From: the human T2T-CHM13v2.0 reference genome, Homo sapiens
NCBI RefSeq assembly: GCF_009914755.1
Contig: NC_060945.1
Reading direction: 5' to 3' (one strand)
DNA length: 64,000 nt
Part shown: positions 59,960 through 64,000 of the stretch, in pieces
Layout: each line of letters opens with the position of its first letter
Numbering within the stretch: position 1 is the stretch's first letter
Notes under the pieces: generated by a model
The model's database searches: none
The model's input: only the letters and a program-made list of their open reading frames with translations
Told to the model about the DNA's origin: nothing
Made by a program: the position numbers and the translations under genes

Positions 59960-60426
59960 ATAGTTTTATAATTCTGAACTGGAGTAGCCAAAGTCTTCCT
60001 TTTCTGTCCTTCTATTCCTTTCTCCACCACTAATTTGTGTGATTTGGTCTGAGCTGAACGAGTGCTTTTGGCTCTAAGACCCTAGTTACTGATAACAGAA
60101 TTTTCTCAGTTTTTGCTCATGCATTTCCCCAAAGTACAGCTTGGAAAATCAAGTCCTGACCAGCGAATAGCCTTGAGGTTGGGCTAATATGTTCAATGAG
60201 TATTGTGGCTCTTCTCTACTGAAGTTCTCTGCCTTTCTGTCTATGGTGCACAGTGTCTACACCCATGCTCTCTCTGGATGCTTTAGTGTCATGATGGGTT
60301 TGGTGTTCCAGGGTGTCTGGGTCACTTCTCACTTGAAAAATAAATTGAAAACATCCTTTCGCCACTCTGAAGTGTGATGCTACTTTCCACGTTTTATCTT
60401 TAAAATTTGTTCTAAAAGAATGGCTG

Positions 60427-60749
<323 letters not shown>

Positions 60750-61146
60750 TCAATGTATATCCAATAGTGGGGGAACTACACATGTGCAACATACAGAAGA
60801 ATGAAATTCAGAAAAACAAGCAGATTAAAAAATATACACTCACTACCCAAACACATTTTGGTATGCAGACTTTTGCCATATTTTTTAAGAAGTTTGATTT
60901 GGCTGTGATCTTACTACTTTCGTGCATTTTTGTTTTTTCCACTTATAACACATATATCTATTCCTCATATTTTAAATATTGTCTCCTTATTATTCCACAA
61001 AGTCAACTTTTCATAACATATGTGGTAATCTTTCTAAAGAGTTCGAGGAGTTGTTTCTGCTAATTTTACTGTAATAAACAACTTTGTGCATTGTCTTCCC
61101 AGCCTTCATATTTAAGATAATTCCTTAGAACTATTGTCAGAATCTA

Positions 61147-61904
61147 TGTGGTAGTTTGCAAAATTGGCCAGATTTTTCCATACTTCCTGCACTTACGCCC
61201 CTTTGCAATGTCATTGAGAAATTTTTCCCATCAAGAGTGAAGCCTGTTTCTCCACTACTTGAATCAGAACTTGTGACTCGATTTTACCAATAAAATGCAG
61301 CAGAAGCCATATTCAGTGGCTCACATCTGTAATCCCAGTACTTTGGGAAGCCAAGGTGGGAGGATTGCTTGAGGCCAGGAATTTGAGACCAGCCTGGGCA
61401 ACACAGGAAGACACTGTCTCTACAAAAATCTTTTTAAAAAATATCCAGGCATGGTGGCTCATGCCTGTAGTCCCAGCTACTAGGGAGGCTGAGGCAGGAG
61501 GATCACTTGAGTCCAAGAGTTTGAGGCTGTAGTGAGCTATGACTGTACCAATACACTCCAGCCCTGGTGGAAAAGTGAGACCCTGTCTTTAAAAAATTAA
61601 ATAAAATAAACAGAGCAGGAATGCCAACTGTGCTAGTTCCAAACCTAGGTCTTAAGAGGTCTTGCAGCTTCTGCTCTGATTCTTGGGCTCCTTCCAGCTA
61701 GAGGTTCAGAACTCATTTGCCCCTGTCACTCCAGCTGATTGTCAGCCAATTGCAGAAGCAGGGCTGCCTTCGTGATTGACACGTGATACAAGTGCACAAG
61801 TGAGCCCAGCATGACCAGAACCACTCAGTTAAAACTATAATAATAAATTGTTGTCATTTTATTTAAGTTTTGAAGTGGTTTTCACAGCAAAACCAACTGA
61901 TACA
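61147..61904 (+). mobile_element. MLT1 (F/G/H-like) LTR split by AluJ
   Basis: Termini 'tgtggtag' and 'aactgataca'; near-TSD ATCTA/ACCTA. Confidence 0.72.
61306..61610 (+). mobile_element. AluJ
   Basis: 'ggaggattgcttgaggccagga...agcctgggcaac' and 'gaggctgtagtgagctatga'. Confidence 0.92.
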
Positions 61905-62869
61905 ACCTATTTGGCCAAAAAGAATAAATATATTTAAGCCTTATAATTTGTATTGATGAGTTGTTTCCCAAAACCGTGGTAAAAAATTGCCCTATCAATA
62001 GTTTTGCTGCCTTCATCAGCCAGGCTTATATCATTGTAAATTTTTGCTAGTTTGATAAAAGATAATTAGTATTTTGTTTTAATTTTAAGTGCAACATTTT
62101 AAAACCCAGTTTCTTCTTACCCCAATGAAATAGTTACTAATTTGATGTCATTTCATTAAAACAAGTCACATTTTGCTGTGAATCTTTTTCCAAATTATTT
62201 TCCTAGAATTAATATAATATTTGTCAGGTTTATTTCCTCTTAGAAGATATAGAGATTGCAGCACAGATTTTAATTTTTAATTTGCTAAATAATTCTTTAT
62301 AAAGTCTAAGTTGTGACCCTTTTCCCAGATATTTTTAATTCAATAACTATCAAATTTATGAAAATGAAGTTGGTTTTATTAAAGTTTCTACTGACATCAT
62401 CTTACTGCATTGGATGTTGATCTCAGTGATTGCGACTATTCTAAGTTGTTAAAAGCCATGTAATCATTATTGGCTCACAAGCAAGCAAATGAGGTAATTG
62501 TATTCAAATTGGAAAATTTGCTTCTAGGTAAAGTGTATGCACAGAAAATATAGACAAAGTATTGGCCATTATACTTGACAGACTTTGAAGTGTTGCCATC
62601 ACCCAATGAGTTTTCATTGCATACAGAATGAAAGAAAAATTACATCATTTATGTTGTCTTTGGCCGTAGGTAACAGAAAACCCACTTAAACAGCACTAAA
62701 TTATGAGACTCATTGGTTGGACTGATGGTTAACCAATTCATATCTGGATAGGAAGAGTAGTTTTTAAAAACTTGAAATACTTTTTCACTGATTGCTAAAA
62801 AAAAAAAAGAATAATAGTAACTTCAATAAGTAGTAAAATTAATAAAAAGAAATTAGTAAATAAAATTGC

Positions 62870-63353
62870 ACCTGCTGCCTGTGGCCACAAGAACTCAGTG
62901 ATATATATTAATAAAATTTATTTAGCTTATGGTTTTATGAGATTCAGGTATTTTCGTGTGAGCTCAGCTAATCTCAGCTGGGTTTGTTTCTGTGGCTGCT
63001 GTTAGATACATGCCAGCTAAGGTGTCTTTCCTGATTTGGCTGGCCTTGCTCACATATGTTGGGGCTGGCACTGGCTTTGATAACTGGAGTAATTCAACTC
63101 TGCTCCACCTGTCTCACCTTGTAGAAAGTTAGTCCAAGTATGTTCTCATAGTAAAGGCAGAGGAGCAAGCACATGCCTAGTCATACATGTGTTTTTCAAG
63201 CCTCTGCTTGGACACGCTTACTAATATTCCATTTGTCAGGTCACTTTGTGGGTCCCAGAGACAAAGTGGATGGCACTGCAAAGGTACATGCCCCAAACAC
63301 ACAGATGAATGGAGTGGTGAAGTGGTAAGATCATTGATAACAATCAAGCTACA
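62870..63353 (-). mobile_element. MLT1H-like LTR
   Basis: 'tttatttagcttatgg', 'gttctcatagtaaaggcagagg', 'ttttcaagcctctgctt...taatattccatt'. Confidence 0.6.
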
Positions 63354-64000
63354 ATAAACTTACTGATTCAAGTGAATTGTCATAGGATGCTATTGATAAA
63401 TAGTCCTCTACTTGGAATGAGATCCAAAACATTAGCAGTTCCACTCACCTGGTGTAATCATGTCATGGTAAGAAGCATATGCATTCTCTAAAAAGTGTTC
63501 TATGTTTTAGGAGAATCAACATTTTCATCATCCTTTAGTTAAACAAGCGCCATTGTTTGGAACTACACATACTCATAGGAATTTATTGGGATAATTGAGA
63601 GTTTGAATAGCAATAGATGCCTATGTAATAAACATGAATCTTTAGAATTTGTGAGAGCACAGCAAAAATATAATGAAATAAAATAATAAACTGCCTACTG
63701 GGCCATCTTCTGATGCTAGGTAAAAATCAGAAAGTGGAATATGTTTTGATAATGTCAAGAATTAATATAAAATATAACAAATCATTTTCATTTATTGAAT
63801 AAAAACAATTATTTCAACAAATGTATAAGTAGCTTACCATTGCTTTTAAGCATTAAAATTGCTTAAACTTTGTGTCAATAATAGATGAAAGTGCTTAACA
63901 CATGTATTTCATTAGTATGTTGATCATGTTCCATTAAAGCTCATAGTTGTAATGAGGAAAATTTGCAAACATCAAACAGGGAAAATTGGCAAACATCAAA

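Overview
AT-rich primate (human-like) genomic DNA, intronic or intergenic. I find no host protein-coding exon, RNA gene, CpG island or CRISPR array, and the listed ORFs are transposon-derived or chance. The main feature is a two-LTR HERV-H (LTR7) provirus on the minus strand (13022-18773) with a perfect 5-bp TSD, a His PBS and decayed gag/pro/pol. The rest is transposon fossils: 12 Alus, two 5'-truncated L1PA copies with TSDs, MER21, MLT2 and MLT1 LTRs including a probable LTR-int-LTR MaLR, the DNA transposons MER58, MER6A, MER44A and a Zaphod-like remnant, plus L2/MIR fragments and simple repeats. The three most interesting signals are: (1) a ~110-bp serial fold-back/templated-insertion scar inside MER58A at 39863-39989; (2) HERV-H LTR asymmetry, with TATA, SOX and two perfect octamers in the 3' LTR but a degraded TATA and SOX in the 5' LTR; (3) a perfect-consensus proviral splice donor. 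Subfamily names come from recalled consensus sequences and need RepeatMasker/Dfam confirmation. I cannot support a new protein-coding system here.
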